A stretch of 64,000 nucleotides of DNA from the human T2T-CHM13v2.0 reference genome, Homo sapiens: assembly GCF_009914755.1 (NCBI RefSeq), contig NC_060931.1. The stretch is one strand, 5' to 3'. How positions within the stretch are numbered: the first letter of the stretch is position 1; every line of letters starts with the position of its first letter. A program made the translations under genes and the position numbers. The notes under the pieces were generated by a model that did no database searches, was not told the DNA's origin, and saw only the letters and a program-made list of their open reading frames with translations. Positions 48,771 to 62,181 of this stretch are shown here, in pieces.

Positions 48771-48998
48771 ACTCGTTTTTCAGCTAAGATGAAAATTTCT
48801 GTCAGCCTTTCACCCATTTTAGTGATATTTTTAGGAGCTTTGGCAGTTGAGACTTACTCTCAAGTGAGGCTAATCAAAATAGTATATTATTCTAGCTTTG
48901 TTTTTTTGAATTGGTTAGGCCAAAAGAATAAGAATAAAGAATTCCAGTGTAGCTGTATAATTTGACTCATGCGTAAAGCTTAAAAACACCAAATATGT

Positions 48999-49365
<367 letters not shown>

Positions 49366-49632
49366 TCAGATTGTCCACATCAAGGAGACATAGTAACTTG
49401 TTTAGATTAGTCACTAGGGAAGAGTTAAGGGGAATAATTGAATATATAGTTAATAAATGTTTATGATGAGTTATTCACAGGGAAAATATTGCTTCCAACT
49501 TAAACAGAATTTTGTAACTGAGGAAATTTGTCAAAAGTTAGGAGCAAAACTTACTTAAAAACTTTTAATAAACAAGCCTCAAATTATGAAATGTTAATGG
49601 GCATTTATTATAAACAGGCCAAGATTTAATAG

Positions 49633-49987
<355 letters not shown>

Positions 49988-50019
49988 TTGTTCGCACTTT
50001 CAAATCTTCCTACCTTTGC

Positions 50020-50298
50020 TTATTCTTTTTATTTATTTAAAATGAATTGCAGTGGCATGATCACAGCTCACTGCAACCTTGACCTCCTGGGTTCAAACTT
50101 TTCTTGTGCCCCGGCCTCCTGAGTAGCTGGGATTATACACAAGTGCTACCATGCTTGGCTAATTTTTGTATTTTTAGTAGAAATGGGGTTTCGCCATGTT
50201 GGCCAGGCTGGTCTCGAGCTCCTGGCCTCAGGTAATCCACCCTCCTCAGCCCCCTCCCAAAGCCCTGGGATTATACACATGAGCCTCCACGCTTGGCC
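50020..50298 (-). mobile_element. Diverged Alu (J or early S)
   Basis: gatcacagctcactgcaaccttgacctcc. Confidence 0.85.
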
Positions 50299-51553
50299 TA
50301 TTTTATTTCTGTTCTTTTTTCTTTCTTTGTTTTTCTTTTCCTTATGTCAGCTTCAACCTCACTTCTACCAAACACTTCCCAACACACTGTGGAAGTAAAC
50401 TTCTTTAATGCTTTATTTAATGACTATATGAATATGACTCTTTTCACCTTTCTCTCTGAAAGAATTTTGGGTTGGGTTGTTAGTTATGAGAAGACAGAAA
50501 AATATTTAACACCTTTCAAGGGTTCAGATCGTTCAAGGAATTGAAACATCTCAGAAAATAATGAAAATGGATCAAAGTCTTATGAGTCTAATGCTACACA
50601 GTTGTCTACTCTTATTATTCTGGTAGCTATTTACAGTTGAGACATTTTTTCTGCTTCCTTTTGAGATACCCCTTCTCCTACTTCAAATCTTCCCTGGTCT
50701 TTGGGTTTTTATTGATTTGTCTATCCCACAGTGCCACTGTTCATCCACCCATGCCAGCATCTGTCCTATTCTTTCTTTCTTCCTCCCTTCCTTCTCTCCC
50801 TCCCTCCCTCCCTCTCTTGAAATCTTTATTGAGGTTTTATTCCATGCCAGGTTGTTTGACCAGCTACTGTTAAGGAGGAAACAGACTTGAGCCACTACCA
50901 TGAATGAGCTTCCCACATTGTTATAATTAGATTAGGAAATCTAATCTCGACCTGACAAGGATTCTTGGTGTTTTATTCCTCTCTTTTTAAAAAAATCTGT
51001 GCCACATTTTCCTTTTCCTTAACAGTTTGCTTATGCCTTTTTCCATTCCTGTCCCATACATTTATGAATTCTCCTGGATATGTCAGTATTTCAGTTGCCA
51101 AGAAATGTCAATCAAATTTCTTTTATTCATCAGGTATAGTCTGGGCATTTGAGGTTGAGTGGAGAACAAGATGAAACCTCTGCCCTCATGAAGTTTCCAT
51201 TCTAGTGGGAGAGACAAATCTATTAAGAAATAGCTACAATTTTTTCTAATAGAATGTTTTCTGACATAAACAATATGAAGGGCGGGAGTTTGTTGCTACT
51301 TTAACTAGTGTGATTAGATAAGGCCTTTCTGTGTAGGTGACATTAAAACTGAGGCCTAAGTAAAGAAAAGAAGGTAGACAGGTGAAGGTCTATGGGAAGA
51401 ACATTCTGGGCAACAGGAACAACAAGCTTAGAGGCCCTATCAGAAGCATGTTGTGTTCGAGGGAAAGAAAAATGGCTTGTGTGGCTACAGTAGAGTGAAG
51501 TAGCACAGTGGCTGAACACGTAACTTCTAGCCCATGCTAAGGAGGCTGGGTGT

Positions 51554-52443
51554 TGTATTAATTTCCTGGGCTGCTTTAATGAATGACCACAAACTGTATG
51601 GCTGGAAACAACAGAAATCTATTATCTCACAGTTCTGGAGGCTAGAAATTTAACATCAGTGTGTCTTCAGGGCTATGTACCCTCTGCAGGCTCTAGGGAA
51701 GAATCCTTTTTTTCTCCTGGCCTCTGGTGCCTCCCAGTGATCCTTGGTGTTCCTGGCTTATAGATGCATCATTCCAGTCTCTTCTTTAGTTTTCACATGG
51801 TTTCTACAGCAGCCATTGGATTTACAGCCCATCCTAAATCTGTATGACCTTAATTAGGTACATCTAAAAAGACCGTATATCCAAATTATGTCATTGTATT
51901 AGACTTCTCCACAGAAACAGAACCACAGCAGAAGATAACAGAACCAGCAGAACATGATTTATTATGAGAAATTGGCTCAGTTTTGGAGGCTGACAAGTCC
52001 CAAGATCTACAATCAGCAAGCTAGAGACCCAAGAGAACCTATAGTATAACTCTAGTCTCAAGGCTGGCAGGTTTGAAACTCTTGAAGAGCTGATGTTTTT
52101 ATTGTGTCTGAAAGCACAATAAAGAACTGATGTCCCAGGTCAAAGCCAGGCAAAAGGAATTCTCTCTTCTCTGGGAGAGAGTCAGCCTTTTGTTCTTTTC
52201 AGACCTTCAACTGATTGGATAAGTCTCACCCATTTTAGGGAGGACAATCCAGTTTACTCAGCATATCAATATAAATGTTCAACTCATCTAAAAACATCAT
52301 CACAGAAACACCCAGAATCATGTTTGACCAAATATCTGGGCACCCCGTGGCCCAGTGAAGTTGCAACATAAAATTGACCACCACAATCACACTCTGGGGT
52401 TCCTGGTAGACATAAACAGGGGGACATTGCTCAATCCATGACA
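51554..52443 (-). mobile_element. MLT1 (MaLR) LTR, interrupted
   Basis: tgtattaatttcct...aacaacagaaatctattatctcacagttctggaggctag...gggggacattgctcaatccatgaca. Confidence 0.8.
51895..52385 (-). mobile_element. MLT2 (ERVL) solo LTR nested inside MLT1
   Basis: tgtattagacttctccacagaaacagaacc...cagaaacacccaga...tgtttgaccaaatatctgggcaccccgtggccc...cataaaattgaccaccaca. Confidence 0.85.
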
Positions 52444-52747
52444 GGTTATTATCTTAAAAGCCACTGGACTATGTTAAAAGGATTGGAGTTGTAGTTCTTA
52501 CTTTAAAATGTTTATTTTGCCTTTGATATGAGGAACTGTCCATGAAGACAAGAGCAAGAATGAAATCAGAGGTAGAAGCCAGAAGGCTGAGATGAGAGTT
52601 GGTGACAACCTGACGTGGGCATAACAGAAGGTTGAATAATTGGTGTTGGAAGTGACGTAGCATTTTTCCCACCTGATGCTTTTATCAAGTTGTTGCTCCA
52701 TTTTTACTTGATTTCTTCCAACAACTATATGCTTATTTCTCAATCAA

Positions 52748-52761
52748 ATATATATATATAT

Positions 52762-52792
<31 letters not shown>
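52748..52792. repeat. (TA)n(TG)n compound microsatellite
   Basis: Directly visible. Confidence 0.95.
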
Positions 52793-52795
<3 letters not shown>

Positions 52796-54031
52796 GTCGG
52801 CTATTAGTAATCTTATCTCCAAGGTACGTTTCTTTGGATTAAGATTTCAGGTTTTTAAAACACTACTGGAAGATCTGTGAATGAGCTTGTTTTGTGACCT
52901 TTGCAAGAAATTTACTTGTTCATGTGATTCCTGGCATGGTCCTTCTCCTTTTTACTCCCAAGAGAGAAAAGCATAACATGAAGGTGGGTAGCCAGGAATG
53001 TTGAACACAATTAGCGATTTGGAAGAATTTAAAAATATTCAATTTAAATTAGCCCTAGGGTCAGAACACACATTCTCACCTAGGGGTGGAGTACACATGT
53101 GTCCTGTCTGTACTCAGGGAGCTGTAACAGTAGCCATGGCCTCTCTGTGTGGATTTATAATGAATGGAGCACATCTATTTTAGATGGATAATCAATTTTG
53201 AAATCCCTTATTGTAAGTATGCTGTTAAAACAGAAATGTTAACTTCATGAGTTTAATGAGTAGCTTCGATGATAGCTTAGTGAAGAGATGGAAGGAAAGG
53301 CAAGTGGGGGGAAATGAGAAAAGGAGAACAAGTGTTTAATGAATATCTACTTGCAGACTTGAATGTCAGCAGCAACATTCTCCCTCCTGGAAAATGTCTT
53401 TCAACTGTGCATCCCATTATGTTCCTGCAGCCCGTGGTAGCATGAAGATTGAGACAAAGAGAGTGTTTCTAAGAAAGCTCTCCTTTACAATATAATGAGA
53501 TGGAGGTGGGTAGTTTGCAGAGATTGCTGGAGCAGTGGTCAAATATGAAAAAAAAAAATCCAGCAGAATGAAAAGACCATGTTAACCAGGAGATGGCTTA
53601 TAATGAGCCCAGAAATTGCATATCAGATAGCCAGCTGGCTAGCATTTCCTCATATCCCTGTGTTCTCATGCAAACTGCTAAAATGTTCTCCTACTCTATT
53701 TTCTCAGCCTCTTAATAGTTCTCATTTCTACCTACTGCATTGAAAATATGAATGAAATGGCAACTCTACCACTTGAAGAAATAAGAATGAAGCCCTTTTC
53801 AGCAAAAGTATTTGCCTAAACATGGATGGATATTATTTCAAATGCTTTTGAAACCAAGGAAACTTCTGTTTCTTTCCTTAAAAAAACATCTTAACTTTCA
53901 AGTCTCAGTTTGACTCACAGCCTTTTCAGTATTCTGTGGCCTCTTTTGCTATATAGTTTGGACAGACTTTGCTTGAAGTCTCCAAGCAAAAAAATGGAAG
54001 TCCTCCCTTCTTATTGGAAATTGATAGGGGA

Positions 54032-54262
54032 GGCTTGGCACGGCGCCTCATGCCTGTAATCCCAACACTTGGGAAGCCGACACAAGAGGATCACTTGAAG
54101 CCAGGAGTTTGAGACCAGCCTGGGCAACATAGTGAGATGCTATCTCTAGGAAAAAAAAAATAGCTGGGCACAGTATCGCATGCCTGTAGTCCAGCTACTC
54201 AGGAGGCTGAGGCAGGAGGATCACTTGAGCCCAGGAGCTTGAGGTTGCAGTGAGTCATGATC
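54032..54262 (+). mobile_element. AluJ, 3'-truncated
   Basis: ggaggatcacttgagcccagg; ends without a tail. Confidence 0.88.
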
Positions 54263-55234
54263 TTGATCATTAAGGAAGAGTCTTGTGAAATTGTTCAATA
54301 GTTAGGGTATTATCACCTGTCTACTTTCATGGTTCTTTACCTTTTGGTGACTGTCTCTTCTTTGGTGACTGTGTCTTCTAAAATGAGAAAGCAGTACCAA
54401 TCCCTAAATATACATCTGTCAATAACTTACAGCACATTTGAAACAATATTACTGCTGTTTCTAAACATTCCTTTTTTTTGTTTTTAGCATGATCTGTTGT
54501 TGCCTGTGTTCATATAATTTCTGTCTTGGAAAATTATTGAAGCTACCAAATATTTGCAGCTGTATTTAGATATAGACTTTAGATTATAAATATATGACAG
54601 AGACTCTTTACTGGGCCTTTTGGATGCGAGACCTCAGGGATATATGATACGTGTTGTGAGCCTCAGCTAAAGTCTGACTTCCCTGTGGCTGGTAACTTCT
54701 GTTACCAATACTTTAATGGTGGGGTCCTGTTGGTGACCAGGCGTAATATCTCACTGAATACAAGGCCGTAGTCAGAATCTTGGGGTTGTAGGACTAGACA
54801 AGCAGAAGTCTCTTTATTTAATAGATGTCACTCCTGTTAAAATTCTCCAGCTATGACTGAAGGGAGTTGGCAAGTAGCCAAGAAAAATGTGGTGAAAAGG
54901 GTTTAAGAGGGGAGGAAATGTCAATGCCATGGACATTTGGCAAAGTCGATCACAAGAGGGTTTTTCTACACATGTGTTTTCTGCTGATCCTGAAATCAAA
55001 ACTGAATACCATGCATCTTTTCCCTTAAAAAAAAAAAAAAAAAAAAAAAAGAGTACAGTAGGTTGGCACATGTGAATGGCTCCTGATACGAGACTCTGTA
55101 TGCTTTCTAGCAAATGCTGAAACAAATTCCAGTGGACCTTTAATGTATATGGGGATCTTGTGTCTGTGTTCCCTCGTGTGTCTGTGTTTGTGTGTGCCCG
55201 TGTCTAGGGGAGGGGAGTTATAAGGCAGGGTGCT

Positions 55235-55460
55235 TAAATGCTTTGTTACATTATGTTAATTCCTCGGCAGTGCAATCAAATTCATGTCGTAATTAAAGCT
55301 GTCAGTTGGAAGGCAAGCCAATCGCCATGAAAACACAGCATAACAAATGAAGTGAAATGATTCTGCGTGTAGCTATACAATGCTTCGCCAGGCATGAAAT
55401 TAAATAAGTAATTTGATGTTGACATCAGAAATTGAAATGATACCCACTGTTCCCTCATTC
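55235..55460. promoter_or_regulatory. Candidate conserved non-coding enhancer
   Basis: Repeat-free; clustered TAAT/ATTA, CTGTCA and TGACAT motifs; five retained CpGs within ~130 AT-rich bp. Conservation not verified. Confidence 0.5.
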
Positions 55461-56214
55461 AGTCAGACCTGCATAAACAATAGCCAGAACAAATATGCAC
55501 AACAAAGCCCTCTTCTCCACCCAGCTCCCTGAGTAATGTACAATATATATGCAAAACGAGCATAACAGAGCTTTCCGAGACCTGAAGGATGTAATTTTCT
55601 TTGGTATACGATAAGATGATATGTATGTGGGGGTAGGGAAGTGGGTTTGGTGGGAGTACTTCTCTTTCTGGGATAAAATACATTTGCAGGAAGGGAAAGA
55701 AATGAAATAAACAAATCCCATGGTCTCTCTGAGTAATTCATCCTAAAATGAGTTCACTTCCCAGGGGCATGACTCCAAGCTGGTGGAGACCTAACTTGGC
55801 TTTTGCTTTCTTCTGCTGCTGCATGGAGGGCTGTGGGTGCTGGAAACAGGTGATGCTGTCATATGGCTAGTCACTGGTATGAGAAGTTGTCTCCATGACT
55901 ACTGTGGATCTCCCTCCATACCATTTATGGGATTAAGAATGCAGCAGGATTTTAAAAAACTGAGTGCAGTGAGCAGGATCACACATCTATGGTGCTTCAT
56001 TCCCCTGAGCTTGTGTGAAACGCTGAGATGAGGAAAGTTTTGCTTTGGGAGCTGCATTTAGGAATGCCTTGAAGCATACTGTTCTTGTTTGATGTAGATA
56101 TAGTTACAGTACCATGTTTCCTCCTCAAAGAGCTTAGCATCAAGAAGAGTCACCATCTGCTGTATTTTTATAGATGTCAAATTCTCCTGAGCCATTTTTC
56201 TTACACATAATCCA

Positions 56215-56490
56215 TCCATTCATTTATTTATACATTCATTCAATAAGTCCTTATTAAATGCATCCTGTGTGCAAGTCATTGTGTGAAGCTCTAAGAAGCA
56301 ATGATGAAAAAGCCAGCTGGTTACTGCTGTCTGAAGTTTCCAGAGTAGGGGGCAGGACATGTAGGCAGAAGAGCTAGCAGTGAACAGAGTAACTGTTGCA
56401 TCAGGGCAGAGGTCATTTTGCTTCTGGGAAAGTATAATACCCAACCCAAGCTCATCAGGGAAGAAGCCTGGCTGGTGCAGGGATGCTTAG
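56215..56490 (-). mobile_element. L2 3' fragment
   Basis: cattcattcaataagtccttattaaatgcatcctgtgtgcaag. Confidence 0.6.
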
Positions 56491-56989
56491 CTGAGACCTG
56501 CAGACCTATTCAGCATTTGCTTCACCTTCATTTCAAGCTTAATCACAAAGAGGAAGAGGATGCTAAAAATTAAATAATTTATAAAGAGAGGTTTTAGGAG
56601 AAAAAAAGAAACAAAAATCAGAATCTCAGGCAAGTTTAAAATACATTTTTTGGGGGGGCTTCTTTTCCCAAACAAGTGATGCCCTGCATTCCTTTCAGAA
56701 TTAACATTTTTAAATTCCCTGTGTGTCAGAACTATGACAGCCTAAACTGGTAATTCTTGTGACTTAAACCCTTCAGAAAAATGGTGCTTTTCACTGCTCC
56801 TCTTGGCCCACACATTCTCTGCATTTTAGTCTACTAATTACGTTTACAAAATGTCTCATTTTTGAAAAGCCCTGTGTGTGTACTAACTGATGCCTTTAGG
56901 GAATAAACTGGCAAGTAGGTCATACACTGGAAAAGTCATCCAAACCCACTGGGCTTTTTATTTTCAAGTCAATCTGGGCTTTTTCCTCT

Positions 56990-57397
56990 TGCCTGCCCCT
57001 TTGCGGCCACAAAACTGAGTAGCTTGAGACCAGGGCATTGAATGTCAGCAAGTCAGGGAGGCAAGCTGATGCGTGTCTGTTTAGTCTCAGTGCAGGGCGA
57101 AATGCCATCATTAATTCATTACCCAGCTGCCTGTCAAATAAATTGGCAATTACATCCACCGCAGAAGCTTGGAATTCAGTAAATAGCACGTTAGCATCTC
57201 TGAGTTGTTGAGAGATGTAAAGGGGAAAATTAAGCAACACGGTGTTTGTATCAGTAGCAGATGACAAGGGGCAGCATACACTGGTGATGTGATGTGGTGA
57301 TGAAAAGCCTGCAAAGGGCTGGTAATGAGCTGTGTGGATTGGAACGTGTTAAAAACCATTGCTGATTTTCCACTTTTGTCTTTATGCTTTATTGCAG
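56990..57397. promoter_or_regulatory. Candidate conserved regulatory block upstream of exon 4
   Basis: Repeat-free, CpG-retaining; contains cattaattcatta, CTGTCA and the E-box CAGATG. Conservation not verified. Confidence 0.45.
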
Positions 57398-57433
57398 AGT
57401 TCAGCTCCTTCCAGCTTGGGAACAGGCTACTTC
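57398..57433 (+). CDS. AUTS2: AUTS2 coding exon (exon 4), 36 nt, phase 0-0
   Basis: ttattgcag acceptor, TTC|gtaagt donor, candidate branch CTGAT at ~57362-57366. Translates to SSAPSSLGTGYF, which directly follows ...RERLSD in the AUTS2 protein as I recall it. Confidence 0.95.
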
Positions 57434-60400
57434 GTAAGTCTATCTCAACTTCCACATATGTGCCTTGCATTGGCATTGATTTCCTTCTATAATGAATGCT
57501 CATTGGGATATGAAAAAAAATCTGAGAATTTCTCTCTCAGTCCTAAAGAGCAGACTGATTTCCATTCTTTATTAGGAATTGTTTTATTTTTAGAAGACAT
57601 AGCCTGCTGGGCCCTAGGGATCTTAAGTAAGTCCGAGGTATATACCTGGTTCCTAACGCCCAGGACATTAAGCTCCTTACCTGGCCATGTAAGGAGATAC
57701 AGGGAACCCTGATTAGCTCATGCCACCATTTCTCCACAATTACTTTTTTAGTAAGAAGTGTCATGTGGGGGATGGAATTCAGATTATGCATTGAGATAAC
57801 TGATTTCTTGAATAACATCTCTTCATATACAATGAGTTGCCTTTTTTGGTGGGGAGGACGGGGAATGGAGATGGTATTTTTTAATGAATGTTTTCCCTCA
57901 CAGTCTGGGTAGTTTGCCTTTAGGTTTTTCTTTCAGCAATAATTAATATACTTATTTTTGCTAAAATGCAAAGTTTATTTCTGAACCTTATTCTCTGTCC
58001 TTTGGGAAAGATGGCAGTGAGGTGACCCTTCAGGGATTATCACAATATTGTGATAATCATGAATATAAAATTCATTCTCAAACAGCAGTTGTCACTTCAT
58101 TATATTTATTTATAGTGAAATTCTCCTTTCTGGATTTAGTGACCCTTTTCAAGATACAAATGAAAAAGAGTGACAAATAAGCATTATTTGTACAATAGGA
58201 TAACATGTCAATGTAAAAGTCTGTTGTGATGCTTAAAGGAATCTGATTGGTGTTCTGAGTGATGAACACTGATACAGTCATGCCTCAGTATTTTCTGAGA
58301 AAATAGTGAAATCATGAAAATCAAATAAAGTGGAAAATAATTACTAATTCACTTTAGTTGCTTTTAACTTTTCTCTCCAATGCTAATTACTCTGGTTTTC
58401 TTCTGCCCACGTATTTCTCTCGATACATTTACATTAAATTTATGGAAACCAGCATCATTTCATTAATAAATGAGTATTTTCCAAGCTTAGCAAAAGTGGC
58501 ATTTTCTAGATGTTGACTTTTTTTTGGTCTTAATCTGTAATAGGAGAAAAAGTATAAGGATGATTTGGACCTGCTTAATACAGTTAGCACACTTACCCTT
58601 GCTCCTACTTATTGTGGCTGAATATTCATGCTAACAGAAACAAGCAGGATACATTCAGTATCCTGCTTCAGCAGTCGAAATAACAGACGTAGCCCCATCT
58701 GGCATCTCTTCACACCAGGCTGGATGTAGGTTGAGATGCTGGAAGTAAAATCTGGAGACTGCGATATCTATTCTCCATCCAAAAGCTAAAGCCTCCCCCT
58801 TTGCTTTCTTCAGCAGAAAGAAGGCCAAAGCCACTACCTTAGTCCTTGATCACTTCTGTACTGAACATTCTAGTATTTTTTTTTTATTGTCAGTAGGATC
58901 ACCCTGAAAGAAGAAAGTCATTTCTAGAAACATTGAGATTTTCATTATGCTTTTTGCAGTTATTTTTCTCTCTAGTTCCAAGAATGGTTATTTTTATTCT
59001 CTAATAATATATTCTTATGATTTAAAGAGTCTTTAATTACATGTCTATTAATAAAATGGCTTTTACAGAACATTGGATGAGTATAAAAGTTTTCTCTTAT
59101 TTTGGTAAAATTGCTGGTAGACTTACTTTGCTTACATAAAAGTCTGTCGTATTATTAGCTTACATGGAGAAGATACATACCAGATGTGTATTCAGCTTTC
59201 AACTGTGACAAAAATGCCCTGCTAGGATGTGTTTCCAATAATGTGATTGTTATGTTATCAGAGTGCAAAATCCATTGATATTGTTGCCCAGTCCTCATGA
59301 AAAGTATCTTCTATTTCAACTTTCTTTCCAATAGTATCACATGTAATAATTTCAGATACTAACTTCCACACTGGTGAGTTTCATACTTCTAAGTGGAAAT
59401 GATATGGGCACAACTTACATTAGTTCTTTGCCAACATATTATTTACACTGTGCTTTGTGATTTGTGCTGTCATAATAGCTTTTTACTTAAGCCTGTAAAG
59501 AAGGCTCAGCTTCAGGTAAGTGAAATGGTAATTTTTCAAGTCTATCCTTACTCCTCTTCAGCATGTCTTTGAAATGTGGATGGAGGGAAATCACCTGCAG
59601 AGTCCATGAGCTATTAGCGCAATTGAACCATAACATGAATTCTGGTGTAAGAAAGCTGAAGGCACTTTTAACAATCTAGAACCGTTTTCTTGAACACTGT
59701 CCCAAGCCCCAACTTCACAGACTTCCTTTGTTTCTATTTAGAGCTTTTGTCAACAGAGGTAAGATGCTGTTCATTGTGTTTGTTAATAAAATAGACACCT
59801 GAGTATATACATGTGCAGGTGTGTGTGCATGCACACACACGCATACACACCCTTAGCCAAAACCAGTATATTTTACTTTCAGTTCTTTTATCTGTAGTGA
59901 TACATTCAAGGGTTTAAAGGAGAAGCCTTTGTTTTTGATCTGGTTGTATTTGTTTATATCTCCTTGGTTTTGTGTTCCAAAGATGTCTGCTTAGGTCTGT
60001 CACTTTTCCAATCCGTTTAGAAGCAGAAGATTTGAGAAATGAGAACAGCAGCTCAAATCAGTATTTACATAAGCATATTGCAAAGAATTCTTAAAGTAGA
60101 CAAAATAGAGAAGGATTGGAACAAACTTTCTACATTTTTGGGAGCTTTTGAATAATGTGGGTGTTATACACACAGAGAGACACACATATATATTCATTAC
60201 ATACTCATGCCCAGCTCATATTCTAAATATAAATGAAAGTATAGACTAGTTGGAATCGATTTGCTTTTTTTTTTTCTTTTTTGGCAAGAGGACTAAAACT
60301 TGTTAGAGTGTGTGTAGGATTTTCTTTTTTTTTTTTGTTTTGAACGTCAATGCAATGAACACATTTTCTTTTCAATTTAAACGTTTTAGGCTGTATTTTC

Positions 60401-61828
60401 TCCTTAAACATGTATTTGAGGTTTCAATTTGCATAGTGTATAATTAAGAACTTAGAGGCAGAATGATCTTTTAAGACTACCTGTATGACCTTGGTCCGGT
60501 TATTTTATGTCTCTGAGTCTATTTCCTTATCAATACCTACCTATTAGTGTTGCAAATATTAAATGAGATAAGATATTTTAATGAACACAGAATATCACTC
60601 TATACTACCAAATAATAAGTACTGCCTTCTGTTATTCACACAATCGTGTGTGATGGAGCAAAGTTGGTCTCATCAGGTGGCTGTGCAATGTTGTGCAAAG
60701 TAGGTTTTATAATTTGTACCTGTAGGATAGTAGTATTTTATTCTTATTATATTCTTCTTGTAGCTTTCTCAGGAGCACAGCTTTTGTATTTGATCAGTTA
60801 TTTACATTTTTTCTGTATGTGAACATAAAACAGGGTATTCATCCTCTGTGATTCTATATGAACATGACGATGTTGGAATGAACTGTTCTATTAGCTGTCC
60901 ACATATTATGGTTGTTCTCTGTAATTTGTCAGTTAAAGTTACTTGTGTATTTTCTTCCTCAGAAGCATTTGAAGTACTTGGAGCTTTTAAAGACTGCTTA
61001 GCAGCTTTTAGGATTGGGCTGAGAGGGAAGGTACACCTGTTCAATATATTCCACTTTTATGAACTTGTATCACATTTGCTCCTTTCTGACAAGAAAAAGA
61101 AAAATTGATGCCCTAGCATATATGAACACAGTAACTGAAATCAGTAGAATGAAAAGACCAGTGAGAACATTTCGTGTTGGCCAGTGGTCTGGTATGTCAT
61201 CACAGGAAAGATCTGGACTCATTCTTTATAGCACTTGACTCCATGTGGAGTTGGGAGCTACTTTTGGGGCAACTAACCAGCCAGGCAGAACTTGATTCCT
61301 GCTGTAAGGGAAGTACAGCCTTACTTTTTTCCAAGTGACATGTTCTGCCTTCTCTGGATAATTTTCAGCCCTCTTCCAGGTTTGAATCTAACTGTCTTAG
61401 AACCACAGCCTCAAATAGCTTGTATCCTGCTTTTGTAAACTCCATAATTTCTCTTAAGGATTCTCAACTAATAATTTTCATCTTCCTCAATTGGGTCACA
61501 TCTAGTAATTGACATACTTTAAAGTTATCAGGGAAAACAACTCACTTCTACTCAGTGATTAAAACTGCCGCATTATATAGTAAAGGGGAATTGTGTAGTG
61601 GTATACATCTTCAGACGGGATTTGTATAATTATTGTTTTCCTGTGCAGTTGAATTACTTAAGTTGTGTAGGTAGTGCTGGTAACAGGCAGTAGGTGCAAA
61701 ATATTGACCTGTAGCTTTCCATCCAGGGTTATAAAGGTCATAGTGGGAATATTCTTTGCCCCTTTCTAAGTTTTTGACTATAAACCCTTGAAATATCTCC
61801 TGTTTTCCTTTGCTATAATTTTGTATAA

Positions 61829-62128
61829 CTTCTTCTTTTTTCTTTTTGACAGGGTCTCACTGTGTCACCCAGGCCATAGTGCAGTGGTGTAGTCACAGCT
61901 CACTGCAGCCTCAGCCTTTCTGGGCTCGGGTGATCCTCCCACCTCAGCCTTCCCAGTATCTGGGAGTAAATGTGCATGCCACCACACCTGCCTAATTTTT
62001 GTATTTTTTGTAGAGATGGGGCTCTACCGTGTTGCCAAGGCTGGTCTTGAACTCCTGGGCTCAAGCTATCTACCCACCTTGGCCTCCCAAAGTGCTAAGA
62101 TTACAGGCGTGAGCCACCATGCCTGGCT
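61829..62128 (-). mobile_element. AluJ
   Basis: cacagctcactgcagcctc...ctcctgggctcaagc. Confidence 0.9.
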
Positions 62129-62181
62129 GTATAACTTCTAAAACTGATTTGGTATTCTGTCTAACCATAGTTGCTTTTTAA

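Larger units (their letters stand above)
51130..52640 (-). mobile_element. L2 fragment split by nested MLT1 and MLT2 LTRs
   Basis: ctctgccctcatgaagtttccattctagtgggagagaca and gaagaacattctgggc L2 segments; resumes after 52443. Confidence 0.65.

Noticed and set aside
57359-57712. 117-aa ORF containing SSAPSSLGTGYF
   Set aside because: Only the 36 nt between the splice sites match AUTS2; the rest is intron read-through from a non-ATG start.
59819-59840. 22-bp palindrome gtgtgtgtgcatgcacacacac
   Set aside because: A low-complexity (GT)n/(AC)n junction; common and not statistically surprising.
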